Source: Patescibacteria group bacterium (lineage in GTDB: Bacteria; Patescibacteriota; Patescibacteriia; Patescibacteriales; JBAZCA01). From it: a DNA stretch of 64,000 nucleotides. Of this stretch, positions 29,536 to 39,125 are shown piece after piece. A model generated the notes under the pieces. That model saw nothing but the letters and a program-made list of their open reading frames with translations. It made no database searches and was not told the origin of the DNA. A program made the position numbers and the translations under genes. Location of the stretch: contig JBAZCA010000003.1 in NCBI GenBank assembly GCA_041671125.1, forward strand, positions 128,689-192,688, given 5' to 3'. Every line of letters starts with the position of its first letter. Position 1 is the stretch's first letter.

Positions 29536-30759
29536 ATGCCTAAGATATTAAAATTTCCTCCCGACTTCCTCTGGGGCGCGTCCACCTCGGCTCATCAGGT
29601 TGAAGGCGGCAACAGAAACGACTGGAGCGAATGGGAGAAGTCAGAAGGAAGAAGAAAGAAGTTAGAAGAAAGCGGCCTGAACCCCGAGGATTTTATAAGT
29701 GGCAAAGCCTGTGATTCATATAACCGTTATGAGGAGGATTTTGATTTGTGCGTGGCTATGAATAATAATGTTCATAGGCTTGGAGCGGATTGGGCGAGGA
29801 TAATGCCCGAAAAGGGAAAAATTGACACGAAGGAAATTGAACATTACAGAAAAGTTTTTGAGGCTCTAAAGAAAAGAAAACTTAAAATAGTGTTTACCCT
29901 TTGGCATTGGCCTTTCCCCTTATGGATCAGTAGTCGGGGCGGCTGGACCAATAAAAAAACGATAAAATATTTTGCCCGATACGCCGACGTTATGTCTCGG
30001 GAATTCGGAGAATATGTTGACTATTGGGTTACTTTAAATGAACCAATGATTCATGCCGGGCATGGTTATATTGATGGCAAATTTCCTCCGCATAAAAAAA
30101 ACGATTATATCGGAGCCATGAGAGTGATTAGCAATCTGATTTGCGCGCACAAAGAAAGTTATAAAATAATCAAAAAAAATTGTCCGGGCGCGCAGATTGG
30201 CATAACCATGGTTACCGGTTATTTTGAACCGAATATAAAATGGCATTTAATGGATGTCGTAGCGGCAAAAATTGGCAATTATTTTAGGAATAACTGGTTT
30301 CAAGGCCGCGTTAAGGGGTATTTTGATTTTATTGGAGTCAATTATTATCATCACGTCCGTCTGAGCTGTATTCCGCCGTTTGTCCGAAATGAAAATAAGC
30401 TGGTTTCGGATTTTGGCTGGGAGATTTATCCGGAAGGGATTTACCACGTCTTAAAAGGCTACGCTAAATACAAAAAGCCGATCCTTATCCTTGAAAACGG
30501 CGTGGCTGACGCGAAAGACCAGTACCGGAAAGATTTTATCGTTGACCATTTAAAATGGGTTCATAAAGCTATAAGCGAGGGGGTGGATGTCCGCGGTTAT
30601 TTTCACTGGTCCTTACTGGATAATTTTGAATGGGCTGACGGTTACGGAATGAAATTCGGCCTGCACGCCGTTGATCGGAAAACTTTTAAACGCACTCCGA
30701 GGCCGAGCGCGAAGGTTTACGCGGAGATTTGCGAGAGGAACGGAGTGGAGATTAATTGA
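29536..30759 (+). CDS. Glycoside hydrolase family 1 (beta-glucosidase-like)
   Basis: FLWGASTSAHQVEG, acid/base TLNEP, nucleophile ILENG, WSLLDNFEW. Confidence 0.9.
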   Translation: MPKILKFPPDFLWGASTSAHQVEGGNRNDWSEWEKSEGRRKKLEESGLNPEDFISGKACDSYNRYEEDFDLCVAMNNNVHRLGADWARIMPEKGKIDTKEIEHYRKVFEALKKRKLKIVFTLWHWPFPLWISSRGGWTNKKTIKYFARYADVMSREFGEYVDYWVTLNEPMIHAGHGYIDGKFPPHKKNDYIGAMRVISNLICAHKESYKIIKKNCPGAQIGITMVTGYFEPNIKWHLMDVVAAKIGNYFRNNWFQGRVKGYFDFIGVNYYHHVRLSCIPPFVRNENKLVSDFGWEIYPEGIYHVLKGYAKYKKPILILENGVADAKDQYRKDFIVDHLKWVHKAISEGVDVRGYFHWSLLDNFEWADGYGMKFGLHAVDRKTFKRTPRPSAKVYAEICERNGVEIN

Positions 30760-30840
30760 CAGCCATAATCCTGACAGCTAAATATTGCGCAAAAATAAAA
30801 CCGCCTTTATCGGCGGTTTCTTGTTTATATTAATGTCCGA

Positions 30841-32046
30841 TCATGACAACCGATTTTTAAAATCCTCGTAGCCGAACTTTTTTACTAAGCGGATTTTATT
30901 TTTGAGGCCTCTTATTAAGATTGACGGCAGACCGATGCCGTTAAAGGTATTATTCTTGACCATGGTGTAGATCGCCATGTTCATAAAAATTATTTTGTCG
31001 CCGATTTTTAATGGTTTTTTAAATGAATAATCGCCGATTATGTCGCCCGCGAGACAGCTCGGTCCGGCCAGGCGATAAACGTGTTCATATTTTTTGCCTG
31101 CGTCAGCGCCTAAAAACGTTGGCTCGTAAGGCATTTCAAGAACATCAGGCATGTGCGTCGCCGCTGATACGTCAAGAATCGCGATATTCATCTTGTTATT
31201 AATAATATCAACGATTGACGAGACGAGAACGCCGGCGTTTAAAGCGATTGCCTCGCCCGGCTCAAGGTAAGTTTTTAGATGAGGATGGCGGATTTTAAAA
31301 TCTTTGATGATTTTTACAAGAAGCCTTGTGTCATAGCCGCGCCGGGTTATATGGTGACCGCCGCCAAAATTCACCCATTTCATCCGGGAAAGATAGCGGC
31401 CGAATTTTTTTTCAAAAACTCGAAGCGTTCGATCGAGCGGCTCAGGGCCGAGTTCGCAGAGCGTGTGAAAGTGAAGACCTTCAATACCATCCAGTTCGTC
31501 CGGCTGAAAATTTTTCTTAGTTACGCCGAGCCGGGAGAAGGGCGCGGCCGGGTCATACATCGGGGTCTCGGTCTCCGAATGCTCCGGGTTAACCCGGAGT
31601 CCGCAGGAAATTTTTTTCTTAGCGCCTAAAACTGTTTTTCTGAATTTTTTCCACTGGGAAAAAGAATTAAAGATCAGGTGATCGGAATATTCTATGAAAT
31701 CATGAATATTTTTTTCCGCGTAGGCCGGAGAAAAAGTGTGGACTTCACCCCGGAATTTTTCATGCCCGAGCCGCGCTTCATTGACCGAACTCGCCGCTAT
31801 GCCGGGAAGATATTTTTTTACCAAAGGAAAAACGCTCCACATGGAAAAACCTTTTAAGGCCATGATAATTTCACAACCGGACTCTTTTTGGACTCTAGCT
31901 AAAATTTTCAGGTTGCAGAGAAGTATTTTTTCATCCACTACATAAGCGGGCGTTTCCAGGTTTTTAAAATCCCAGGCCCGCCAACCGGAAATATCAATCC
32001 AGGGTTCGGTAAATAGGGCGCGTTTTCGGTTATTAATGTTGGACAT
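30841..32046 (-). CDS. nspC: Carboxynorspermidine/carboxyspermidine decarboxylase
   Basis: Alanine-racemase-fold PLP decarboxylase pattern. Adjacent to the CANSDH gene. ATG at 32046 avoids overlap with it. Confidence 0.8.
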   Translation of the reverse strand: MSNINNRKRALFTEPWIDISGWRAWDFKNLETPAYVVDEKILLCNLKILARVQKESGCEIIMALKGFSMWSVFPLVKKYLPGIAASSVNEARLGHEKFRGEVHTFSPAYAEKNIHDFIEYSDHLIFNSFSQWKKFRKTVLGAKKKISCGLRVNPEHSETETPMYDPAAPFSRLGVTKKNFQPDELDGIEGLHFHTLCELGPEPLDRTLRVFEKKFGRYLSRMKWVNFGGGHHITRRGYDTRLLVKIIKDFKIRHPHLKTYLEPGEAIALNAGVLVSSIVDIINNKMNIAILDVSAATHMPDVLEMPYEPTFLGADAGKKYEHVYRLAGPSCLAGDIIGDYSFKKPLKIGDKIIFMNMAIYTMVKNNTFNGIGLPSILIRGLKNKIRLVKKFGYEDFKNRLS

Positions 32047-32069
32047 GTTTAACTTTTTAGCCGGGCTGT

Positions 32070-33320
32070 TTAATAATTTTTCTTTAACGGCGCCGGCACG
32101 TCTTTTAATTCTTTTATTACCCAAGGCAAACCGTTTTTAGCGAGCGCTTTTAAGAATGGCCGGGAATCAAGCGTCCTATCTTCTGGGGTAAAAACGCCCG
32201 CGCCTTTCCATTGTCCGGTCAATACCATTTCGGCCGCCGTAACCGTCGGGATGGCGGTCGTATAACCGATGGCGTTGCCGCCAGTTTCGCGAAAAGCCGC
32301 CTGATGGTCGCAGACATTATAGATGTAAATAATTTTTTTCTTCCCGTTTTTCACGCCCGAGATAATATTGCCGATGTTGGTTTTGCCAATGTATCCTTTG
32401 TTAAAATCCTCGCCTTTCGGCAGGATGGCTTTTAAAAATTTAACCGGAATGACATCACAGCCGTTATATTTTATTGGATCAATCCTCGTCAGGCCGATAT
32501 TATAAAGAACTCTTAAATAGGTAAGGTAAGCCGGAGAAAAAGTCATCCAAAACCGGATACGTTTTAAACCGGGAATATGGTTAATGATGGTTTCCATTTC
32601 TTCGTGGTACATAAGGTAAGGCGTAAAAATACCTGCTTTTGGAAAGTCAAACTCAAAGAAGGCCGCTTCTTCATCAATTAACCGTCCGCGCTTTTTCCAG
32701 CGGCCGTTTTCCCAGAATTCAACCGGCAGGATTAGTTCGCGCAAGTTTATTTCCGGGTCAAAGTTAGGGGCGAATTTTATTTTTTTATCTTTGGAGCCGC
32801 CGTTGCAGTCTAATATGTCTATGGTCTTAATTTTATCAAAAATAAAATCGCGGGCGTAGGCGGAGAAAATGTTAGTAACGCCCGGATCAAAACCCATGCC
32901 GGTTATCGCTAAGAGGCCTTTTTTCTTAAAAGCCTGATTTTTTTTCAGCTGTAATTTATAGGAAAAGCCGTATTTTTCCGGATGTTCGTAGCAGGCCGTG
33001 TCAATGTAGTTGATTTTGGCTTTAAGGCAAGCGTCCATTATGACCAGGTTGTCATAAGGATGCCCCCAATGAACTACTAGGTCGGGGTTAACCTTTTTTA
33101 AGAGCTCATAAAAATTATTGCCCTGGCCGACATCGGATTGGTGAATTTTAAGGCTCACCTTGCCTTTGGTTTTTTTTATAATTGATTCATTTACCCGGTC
33201 GCATTTTTTTCTGGTTCGGCTGACAACATGAATTTCGGAAAAAATTTCCGGATTTCGCGCCATTTTATGGAGTCCGACCGATCCGACGTTGCCGCAGCCG
33301 ATTACAAGAACTTTGGCCAT
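32070..33320 (-). CDS. Saccharopine-dehydrogenase-like carboxynorspermidine synthase (CANSDH)
   Basis: N-terminal VLVIGCGNVGS Rossmann motif. About 415 aa. Paired with nspC. Confidence 0.8.
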   Translation of the reverse strand: MAKVLVIGCGNVGSVGLHKMARNPEIFSEIHVVSRTRKKCDRVNESIIKKTKGKVSLKIHQSDVGQGNNFYELLKKVNPDLVVHWGHPYDNLVIMDACLKAKINYIDTACYEHPEKYGFSYKLQLKKNQAFKKKGLLAITGMGFDPGVTNIFSAYARDFIFDKIKTIDILDCNGGSKDKKIKFAPNFDPEINLRELILPVEFWENGRWKKRGRLIDEEAAFFEFDFPKAGIFTPYLMYHEEMETIINHIPGLKRIRFWMTFSPAYLTYLRVLYNIGLTRIDPIKYNGCDVIPVKFLKAILPKGEDFNKGYIGKTNIGNIISGVKNGKKKIIYIYNVCDHQAAFRETGGNAIGYTTAIPTVTAAEMVLTGQWKGAGVFTPEDRTLDSRPFLKALAKNGLPWVIKELKDVPAPLKKNY

Positions 33321-33451
33321 AAATTTATTGGTAAGAAATTATTTATTCGCTAATCAAAGTGTATTATAGGCGGAGGACGGTGTCAAACGCCAAAGGCGTA
33401 TTTACAGGCCTGATTATTTGGTTTAGTATTAAAAAAGAATAATAAGATTAT

Positions 33452-34309
33452 ATGAAGCATAAAAAAATATCCGTCGGAGCTATCCAAGCCGCTTTATCCA
33501 AAGACCAGGACAATAATCTTGAGAATGCCAAAAGAAAAGTAATAGCGGCGGCGAAAAAAGGGGCGAAAATAATTTGTCTTGAAGAGCTTTTCAGGTCGCG
33601 TTATTTTCCGCAGAATAAAAACGCCGAATTTGAGCAATACGCTGAAACCATTCCGGGCGAATCAACCCGGGAATTTTCAAAAATTGCCAAAGAATTCGGA
33701 GTAGTAATTATAGTCCCGATTTTTGAAAAAGCGGGAAACGGCCGTTATTATAATTCGGCGGCGGTGATAAATGAAAAGGGAAAGCTGATGGAAACTTACC
33801 GGAAGATTCATATTCCGCACGACCCTTTGTTTTACGAAAAAAATTATTTTAGCGATGGCGACGCGGGTTATAAGGTTTATAAAACCAAATTCGCGACTTT
33901 CGCGGTCCTCATCTGCTATGACCAGTGGTTTCCGGAGGCGGCCAGGATGGCGGCTTTGGTCGGAGCGGAAATTATTTTTTATCCGACCGCCATCGGGACG
34001 ATAACCGGCGATAAGGATAATTACGGTAGCTGGCATGACGCTTGGGAAACGGTCCAGCGGGGGCATGCTATCGCGAACAGCGTTAATGTTGTTGCCGTGA
34101 ACCGGGTCGGCCGGGAAGGCAAAATAAATTTCTGGGGGCAGTCATTCATCTGCGACGCTTTCGGGAAAATTATAAAAAAAGCCGGAGCGAAAAAAGATGA
34201 AATATTAATCGCTGAACTGGACTTAAGTAAAAACAGCCATATCCGGAAAGAATGGGGATTCTTTGCCAACCGTCGGCCGGATACTTATGGACGGCTTTTA
34301 AAGAAATAA
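33452..34309 (+). CDS. aguB: N-carbamoylputrescine amidase (CN-hydrolase/nitrilase family)
   Basis: Glu-Lys-Cys triad context (CLEELF, YRKIH, LICYDQWFPE). Adjacent to aguA. Confidence 0.85.
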   Translation: MKHKKISVGAIQAALSKDQDNNLENAKRKVIAAAKKGAKIICLEELFRSRYFPQNKNAEFEQYAETIPGESTREFSKIAKEFGVVIIVPIFEKAGNGRYYNSAAVINEKGKLMETYRKIHIPHDPLFYEKNYFSDGDAGYKVYKTKFATFAVLICYDQWFPEAARMAALVGAEIIFYPTAIGTITGDKDNYGSWHDAWETVQRGHAIANSVNVVAVNRVGREGKINFWGQSFICDAFGKIIKKAGAKKDEILIAELDLSKNSHIRKEWGFFANRRPDTYGRLLKK

Positions 34310-34346
34310 CTCTGGAAGTTATTGTCATCGTGAAAGTAATTGAATT

Positions 34347-35387
34347 ATGAACAAAACTCCTAAACAATCTGGCTATCGGCTGCCGGCTGAATGGGAAAAG
34401 CATGAGGCGATCTGGCTTTCCTGGCCTTATGACAAAGTATCTTTCCCGGATCGGGTAGCTATTATTGAAGACCGGTTCGCGGAAATTATCCGGGCAATTC
34501 ACAAAAGCGAAAGGGTTGAGCTTTTGGTAACGGATGAAAAAATGAAAATCAGGGCGGCGCGGAAACTGGAAAACATGAAGGTAGATTTAAAGTTGGTTAA
34601 TTTGCGAGTGGCTGATTACGCCGATGTTTGGTTTCGGGATTTTGGCCCGTCATTCATCGTTAATGGAGAAAAAAAACAACTGGCCATGGTTGACTGGAAT
34701 TATAACGCTTATGGTGGAAAATGGCTGGAGCTGTTAAGGGACGATAAAATACCGGTCTGGATGAATGATTCTTTGGGCCTGCAATATTTTAAGCCGGGAA
34801 TAACTTTGGAAGGCGGAGCCATTGAAGTTAACGGCCAAGGAACATTAATGACGACCGAGGAATGCCTTTTAAATGAAAACCGGAATCCGAAATTATCAAA
34901 AAATGACCTAGAAAAATATTTAAGCGATTACCTTGGCGCGAGTAATTTTATCTGGCTGAAGAATGGACTCGCGAACGACCATACTGACGGGCATATTGAT
35001 AATATCGCGAGATTCACCGGTCCGGACAGTATTATTTATGTTTACGAGAGCGACGTTAATGACATAAATTATTCGGCCCTAAAAGAGAATTTGGAAATTT
35101 TAAAAGTGGCAAAGGATCAGGACGGCAATAAATTTAATTTAATCGGTTTGCCGCTCCCTAAGATCGCTGACGAGAACGGTCGGCGGATTCCGGCAAGCTA
35201 CGCGAATTTTTATATCGGTAATGAGGTTGTATTAGTCCCGGTTTTCGGCCATAATAATGATAAGATAGCCTTGGAAGTCATAAAGAAAGCTTTTTCTGAT
35301 AGAATGGTTATCGGCATAGATTCGGGGGATTTGATTTACGGCGGAGGAACTATCCATTGCATAAGCCGCGAACAGCCGGCATTATGA
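34347..35387 (+). CDS. aguA: Agmatine deiminase
   Basis: LPAEWE, WFRDFGP, DGHID and C-terminal GGGTIHCISREQP catalytic Cys motif. Confidence 0.9.
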   Translation: MNKTPKQSGYRLPAEWEKHEAIWLSWPYDKVSFPDRVAIIEDRFAEIIRAIHKSERVELLVTDEKMKIRAARKLENMKVDLKLVNLRVADYADVWFRDFGPSFIVNGEKKQLAMVDWNYNAYGGKWLELLRDDKIPVWMNDSLGLQYFKPGITLEGGAIEVNGQGTLMTTEECLLNENRNPKLSKNDLEKYLSDYLGASNFIWLKNGLANDHTDGHIDNIARFTGPDSIIYVYESDVNDINYSALKENLEILKVAKDQDGNKFNLIGLPLPKIADENGRRIPASYANFYIGNEVVLVPVFGHNNDKIALEVIKKAFSDRMVIGIDSGDLIYGGGTIHCISREQPAL

Positions 35388-35473
35388 TATTAAACAAAAT
35401 ATGTTATAAGATTTGAGAAATTGCTTATATTTATTATTAATTGAAAATTGTCAATTTAAAATTGTAAATTCGT

Positions 35474-36439
35474 ATGTGGCTACCCGTCGCGATTACCGCC
35501 TATTTCATCAATGCCGGAGTTTATCTCGCGGATAAATTTTTGCTTTCAAAAAAAATCCACTCTTCCATCGTCTATTCCTTTTACGTCGGCATCTGGAGCA
35601 TATTTAATTTGTTCCTGCTTTTTTTCGCCCCCTGGGTGCCGAGCCTGAATGAGCTGTTGATTGATTTATCGGCCGGCCTCTTATTTTTAATTACTCTGAT
35701 ATTTTGGTATAAGGCGCTCCACCAAAGCGAAGCCACGCGAGTCGTACCGATTGTCGGCGGCCTGGTACCGGTTTTCAGCCTTGTGTTTTCCATGATTTTT
35801 CTCGGCGAATCGCTTGACGAAAAACAACTGCTGGCTTTTGTAATTCTTATTACCGGCGGGGTGCTTATTTCCGTTAAAAGAACCCGCTTTTACATGATAA
35901 AAAAGGTTTACGACCGGGTTCGGTCGGTTTTTGGCGACACTTTGGGGGAAATCCACGCTAAATACCGGCCCGGACGCAGGTTGCTTTTAAATTCAATCGT
36001 TTCCGCGTTCTTTTTCGCCGCCTTCTACGTCCTCATGAAATATATTTATCTCCATCAGCCGTTTATTGGCAGTTTTGTCTGGTCGCGATTAGGGACTTTT
36101 CTCGGCGCCCTCTTTCTTCTAGTCGTTCCTTCCTGGAGAAAAGATATTTTTTCGTACCAGGAAAGCGCCACCGCCCCGAAAAGTTTAAGTTTTTTTCTTA
36201 CTGTCCGGCTATCCGCGGCTTTGGCCTTTATCATGCTCAACTGGGCCATTGACTTAGGCAACGTCGCCATGGTTAACGCTCTGCAGGGAGTCCAGTATCT
36301 TTTTTTTATAATTTTCGCGGTCATTATTTCCGTCCGCTTCCCCAAAGTATTCAGCGAAGAAATCGGAAAAGAAATTCTCGCCCAGAAATTAATCGGCGCC
36401 GGACTCGTAAGTATCGGGCTTTATATGCTCGTAGTTTAG
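35474..36439 (+). CDS. EamA/DMT-like transporter
   Basis: About ten TM helices in two similar halves. Confidence 0.55.
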   Translation: MWLPVAITAYFINAGVYLADKFLLSKKIHSSIVYSFYVGIWSIFNLFLLFFAPWVPSLNELLIDLSAGLLFLITLIFWYKALHQSEATRVVPIVGGLVPVFSLVFSMIFLGESLDEKQLLAFVILITGGVLISVKRTRFYMIKKVYDRVRSVFGDTLGEIHAKYRPGRRLLLNSIVSAFFFAAFYVLMKYIYLHQPFIGSFVWSRLGTFLGALFLLVVPSWRKDIFSYQESATAPKSLSFFLTVRLSAALAFIMLNWAIDLGNVAMVNALQGVQYLFFIIFAVIISVRFPKVFSEEIGKEILAQKLIGAGLVSIGLYMLVV

Positions 36440-36454
36440 TTCCCATAACGCGTA

Positions 36455-36592
36455 CAGACTACCCGAGAATTGTCATTCTGACCCCGCATTTGCGGGGGAA
36501 GAATCTACATATGTAAATTTTGTCAAGGTTGCAGATCCTTCGCTTCACTTCGTTTCGCTCAGGATGACAAAATGGGAGTTCTCGGACAGTCT
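36455..36592. repeat. GTCATYCTGA-family palindromic element with outer arms
   Basis: Inner palindrome at 36471-36569. Outer arms CAGACTACCCGAGAA / TTCTCGGACAGTCT. Overlaps the annotated ORF start at 36572. Confidence 0.75.
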
Positions 36593-36604
36593 AAACACAT
36601 TAAC

Positions 36605-38095
36605 ATGATGATGTTATTGACTGTGTTATTTTTCTTTTTTTTCACAGCCATTGCCTGGCGCCGTTTGGATTGGGCAATGATGATTATTGTTTTTGCCCTG
36701 CCTTCTTATCTTATTCGCTTTAATATCATGGGTTTGCCTTTTACCTTGCTTGAAGGCATGATTCTTATTGCTTTTACGGTTTGGTTTTTAAAGAGTTGGC
36801 CGACGGTTTTTTTGGGACTGAGGGCAAAAATTAGGGGAATGAAAGAACTCGGCCGGGAAAATTATCCTTTTGGTCTGGAAATAATTTTACTGCTCATAGT
36901 CGCGTTTATAGCGGCGGGCGTGGCCGGTTTTTCAAGGGAATCCCTCGGGATTTTTAAAGCCTATTTTTTTGAGCCAGCCTTATTTTTTATCCTGCTTTTT
37001 AATACTCTTGGCCGGGAAGCTCTGGAGGACATAAAAAGCCGTTGGCCGGAAAAAATATTATGGCCGCTCGCGATATCCGGGCTGGCGGTTTCGCTTCTCG
37101 CGGTTTACCAGAAGTTTACCGGCAACCTGATTGATAATCCGCTTTGGCAGGCCGAAGGGACGAGGCGGGTGGTTTCCTTTTTTGGCTATCCAAACGCGGT
37201 GGGATTGTATCTCGGGCCATTGATTTTGTTATTCACGGGATGGCTGGCAAAGGAATTTAGCGAAGTTAAACAAGGCAGTAATAGAATTTTCAATTTTCAT
37301 TTTTCAATTTTCAATTCTAAAATTTTTAAAATATTTTTTATTGCGTTTGTCATTGCGATATCGTTATTGGCTATTTATTTTGCTAAATCCAGGGGGGCAA
37401 TAATCGGCGTGGCCGCCGGAATCTTTGTTTTCGGTCTTCTGGCCGGAAAAAAAGTAAGATTAATAACGCTTGGTCTCGGCCTTATATTGGCCGCTGGAAT
37501 CTATTTTTATCCGCCGGCCAAAGAAATCGCGGCTGAAAAGATCGCCCTTAGAGATTTATCCGGCGAAATAAGAAAACAGCAGTGGCGAGAAACTTGGGCG
37601 ATGCTTAGCGATGGAAGATTAATATCCGGCGCCGGGCTTTCCGGCTATCAGGCAGCCGTAGCGCCCTATCATCAGGAAGGCATATTTTTTAATAAATTAA
37701 AAAATCCGGATTTTCACCGAAAAACCGTTTTTGACGCCGCATACCGGAAGCTGGTCTGGCAACCGGTGGAAATTTACATGTATCCACACAATATATTTTT
37801 AAATTTTTGGTCCGAGCTGGGGCTGGCGGGTATGCTTTTATTTATCTTTATTATCGGGAAATATTTTGTCGTCGTGATTTTGAATTTAAAACGTAAATCG
37901 GACGGGTTAAAATATAAATATTTGAATATCGGGCTGATCGGGGCCATGGCCGTTATCGTCGTCCATGGATTAGTTGACGTCCCGTATTTTAAAAATGACC
38001 TCTCGGTCATGTTCTGGATTTTTATTTTTATGGTGAGCTTAATTAATTTAAAACATAAGTCCGCTTTATCCGGGGCGGGCCAGGAAAATGTATGA
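36605..38095 (+). CDS. O-antigen ligase/polymerase-like (Wzy_C) membrane protein
   Basis: At least ten TM helices with a large loop containing H-rich YPHN. ATG at 36605 lies outside the palindromic element. Confidence 0.65.
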   Translation: MMMLLTVLFFFFFTAIAWRRLDWAMMIIVFALPSYLIRFNIMGLPFTLLEGMILIAFTVWFLKSWPTVFLGLRAKIRGMKELGRENYPFGLEIILLLIVAFIAAGVAGFSRESLGIFKAYFFEPALFFILLFNTLGREALEDIKSRWPEKILWPLAISGLAVSLLAVYQKFTGNLIDNPLWQAEGTRRVVSFFGYPNAVGLYLGPLILLFTGWLAKEFSEVKQGSNRIFNFHFSIFNSKIFKIFFIAFVIAISLLAIYFAKSRGAIIGVAAGIFVFGLLAGKKVRLITLGLGLILAAGIYFYPPAKEIAAEKIALRDLSGEIRKQQWRETWAMLSDGRLISGAGLSGYQAAVAPYHQEGIFFNKLKNPDFHRKTVFDAAYRKLVWQPVEIYMYPHNIFLNFWSELGLAGMLLFIFIIGKYFVVVILNLKRKSDGLKYKYLNIGLIGAMAVIVVHGLVDVPYFKNDLSVMFWIFIFMVSLINLKHKSALSGAGQENV

Positions 38096-38412
38096 ACAAT
38101 TTAAAATTGATTTCCATCGGGTTTTTAAATTCATTCGGCGTCCTCGTCTACATCGCTTTGGTGAGTTTTGCTTTAAGGAATGGGGAAAGGATTTTCGGGC
38201 AAATGGACAGCTTTCTCGCGCCAGTTGCCTTCCTCATGCTTTTTGTTTTTTCCGCCCTGACAACGGGACTATTGGTTCTCGGACGACCGATCTATTATTA
38301 TCTTAACGGCAAAAAAGCCGAAGCATTTAAGCTCATGCTTTTTACCTTGCTCTGGCTTTTTGCCATGCTGGTCGCGGTTTTCGGGAGCCTTATTATTATA
38401 AGGCTGGCATGA
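38092..38412 (+). CDS. Small integral membrane protein
   Basis: Three TM helices. Start and stop overlap both neighbouring genes. Confidence 0.5.
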   Translation: MNNLKLISIGFLNSFGVLVYIALVSFALRNGERIFGQMDSFLAPVAFLMLFVFSALTTGLLVLGRPIYYYLNGKKAEAFKLMLFTLLWLFAMLVAVFGSLIIIRLA

Positions 38413-39125
38413 AAGTAATTCTTCAAAAATATATCGCCCAATCAGGCCTCGCTTCAAGGCGGGCGGCTGAAATTTTGATCCGGCAGGGAAAAGTTTTCGT
38501 AAACGGCAAAAAAGCGCAAATCGGCATGGCGGTTGACATCGGTGACGCGCCTGAGGTTAAAGTTGGCGGGAAAAAATTAAGGTTGCCAGAAGAGAAAATA
38601 TATACTAAATTGAATAAGCCATCGGGCTATACCTCAACCGCTAGGAAGTTTAAGGGGGAAAAAAACGTTTTTGACCTCATAAAACTAAAAGAGCGGCTGT
38701 TCATAGTCGGACGGCTGGATAAAGACAGCCGGGGGCTAATCCTTTTAACTAATGACGGCGAGCTCGCCAACAAACTTACCCATCCGCGCTACGAAAAGGA
38801 AAAAGAATACATAGCAGAAATTTCAAATTCCAAATTCCAAATTCCAAAAAGAGAAAAAGAAGTAGTTTTTCAATTTACAGAAGGAATTGATATCGGGGAG
38901 GGGGATGGAATAGTAAAAGCTAAGAAAGTAAAATATCTGGGTGATAATAAATTCAACTTAGTTTTAACCGAAGGGAAGAAGCGGCAGATTCGGCGGATGT
39001 TTAAGAAGCTCGGGCTGGAAGTAAGAGATCTTGTCCGGGTAAGAATCGGCAAGCTGGAACTCGGGAATTTAAAAGAGGGGGAATGGAAAAAACTGACTGA
39101 GGACGAAATAAAAAAACTGAAGTAA
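38409..39125 (+). CDS. RsuA/RluB-family pseudouridine synthase
   Basis: N-terminal S4 domain (SRRAAEILI..G.V.VNG). Catalytic GRLDKDSRGLILLTNDG. Confidence 0.85.
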   Translation: MKVILQKYIAQSGLASRRAAEILIRQGKVFVNGKKAQIGMAVDIGDAPEVKVGGKKLRLPEEKIYTKLNKPSGYTSTARKFKGEKNVFDLIKLKERLFIVGRLDKDSRGLILLTNDGELANKLTHPRYEKEKEYIAEISNSKFQIPKREKEVVFQFTEGIDIGEGDGIVKAKKVKYLGDNKFNLVLTEGKKRQIRRMFKKLGLEVRDLVRVRIGKLELGNLKEGEWKKLTEDEIKKLK

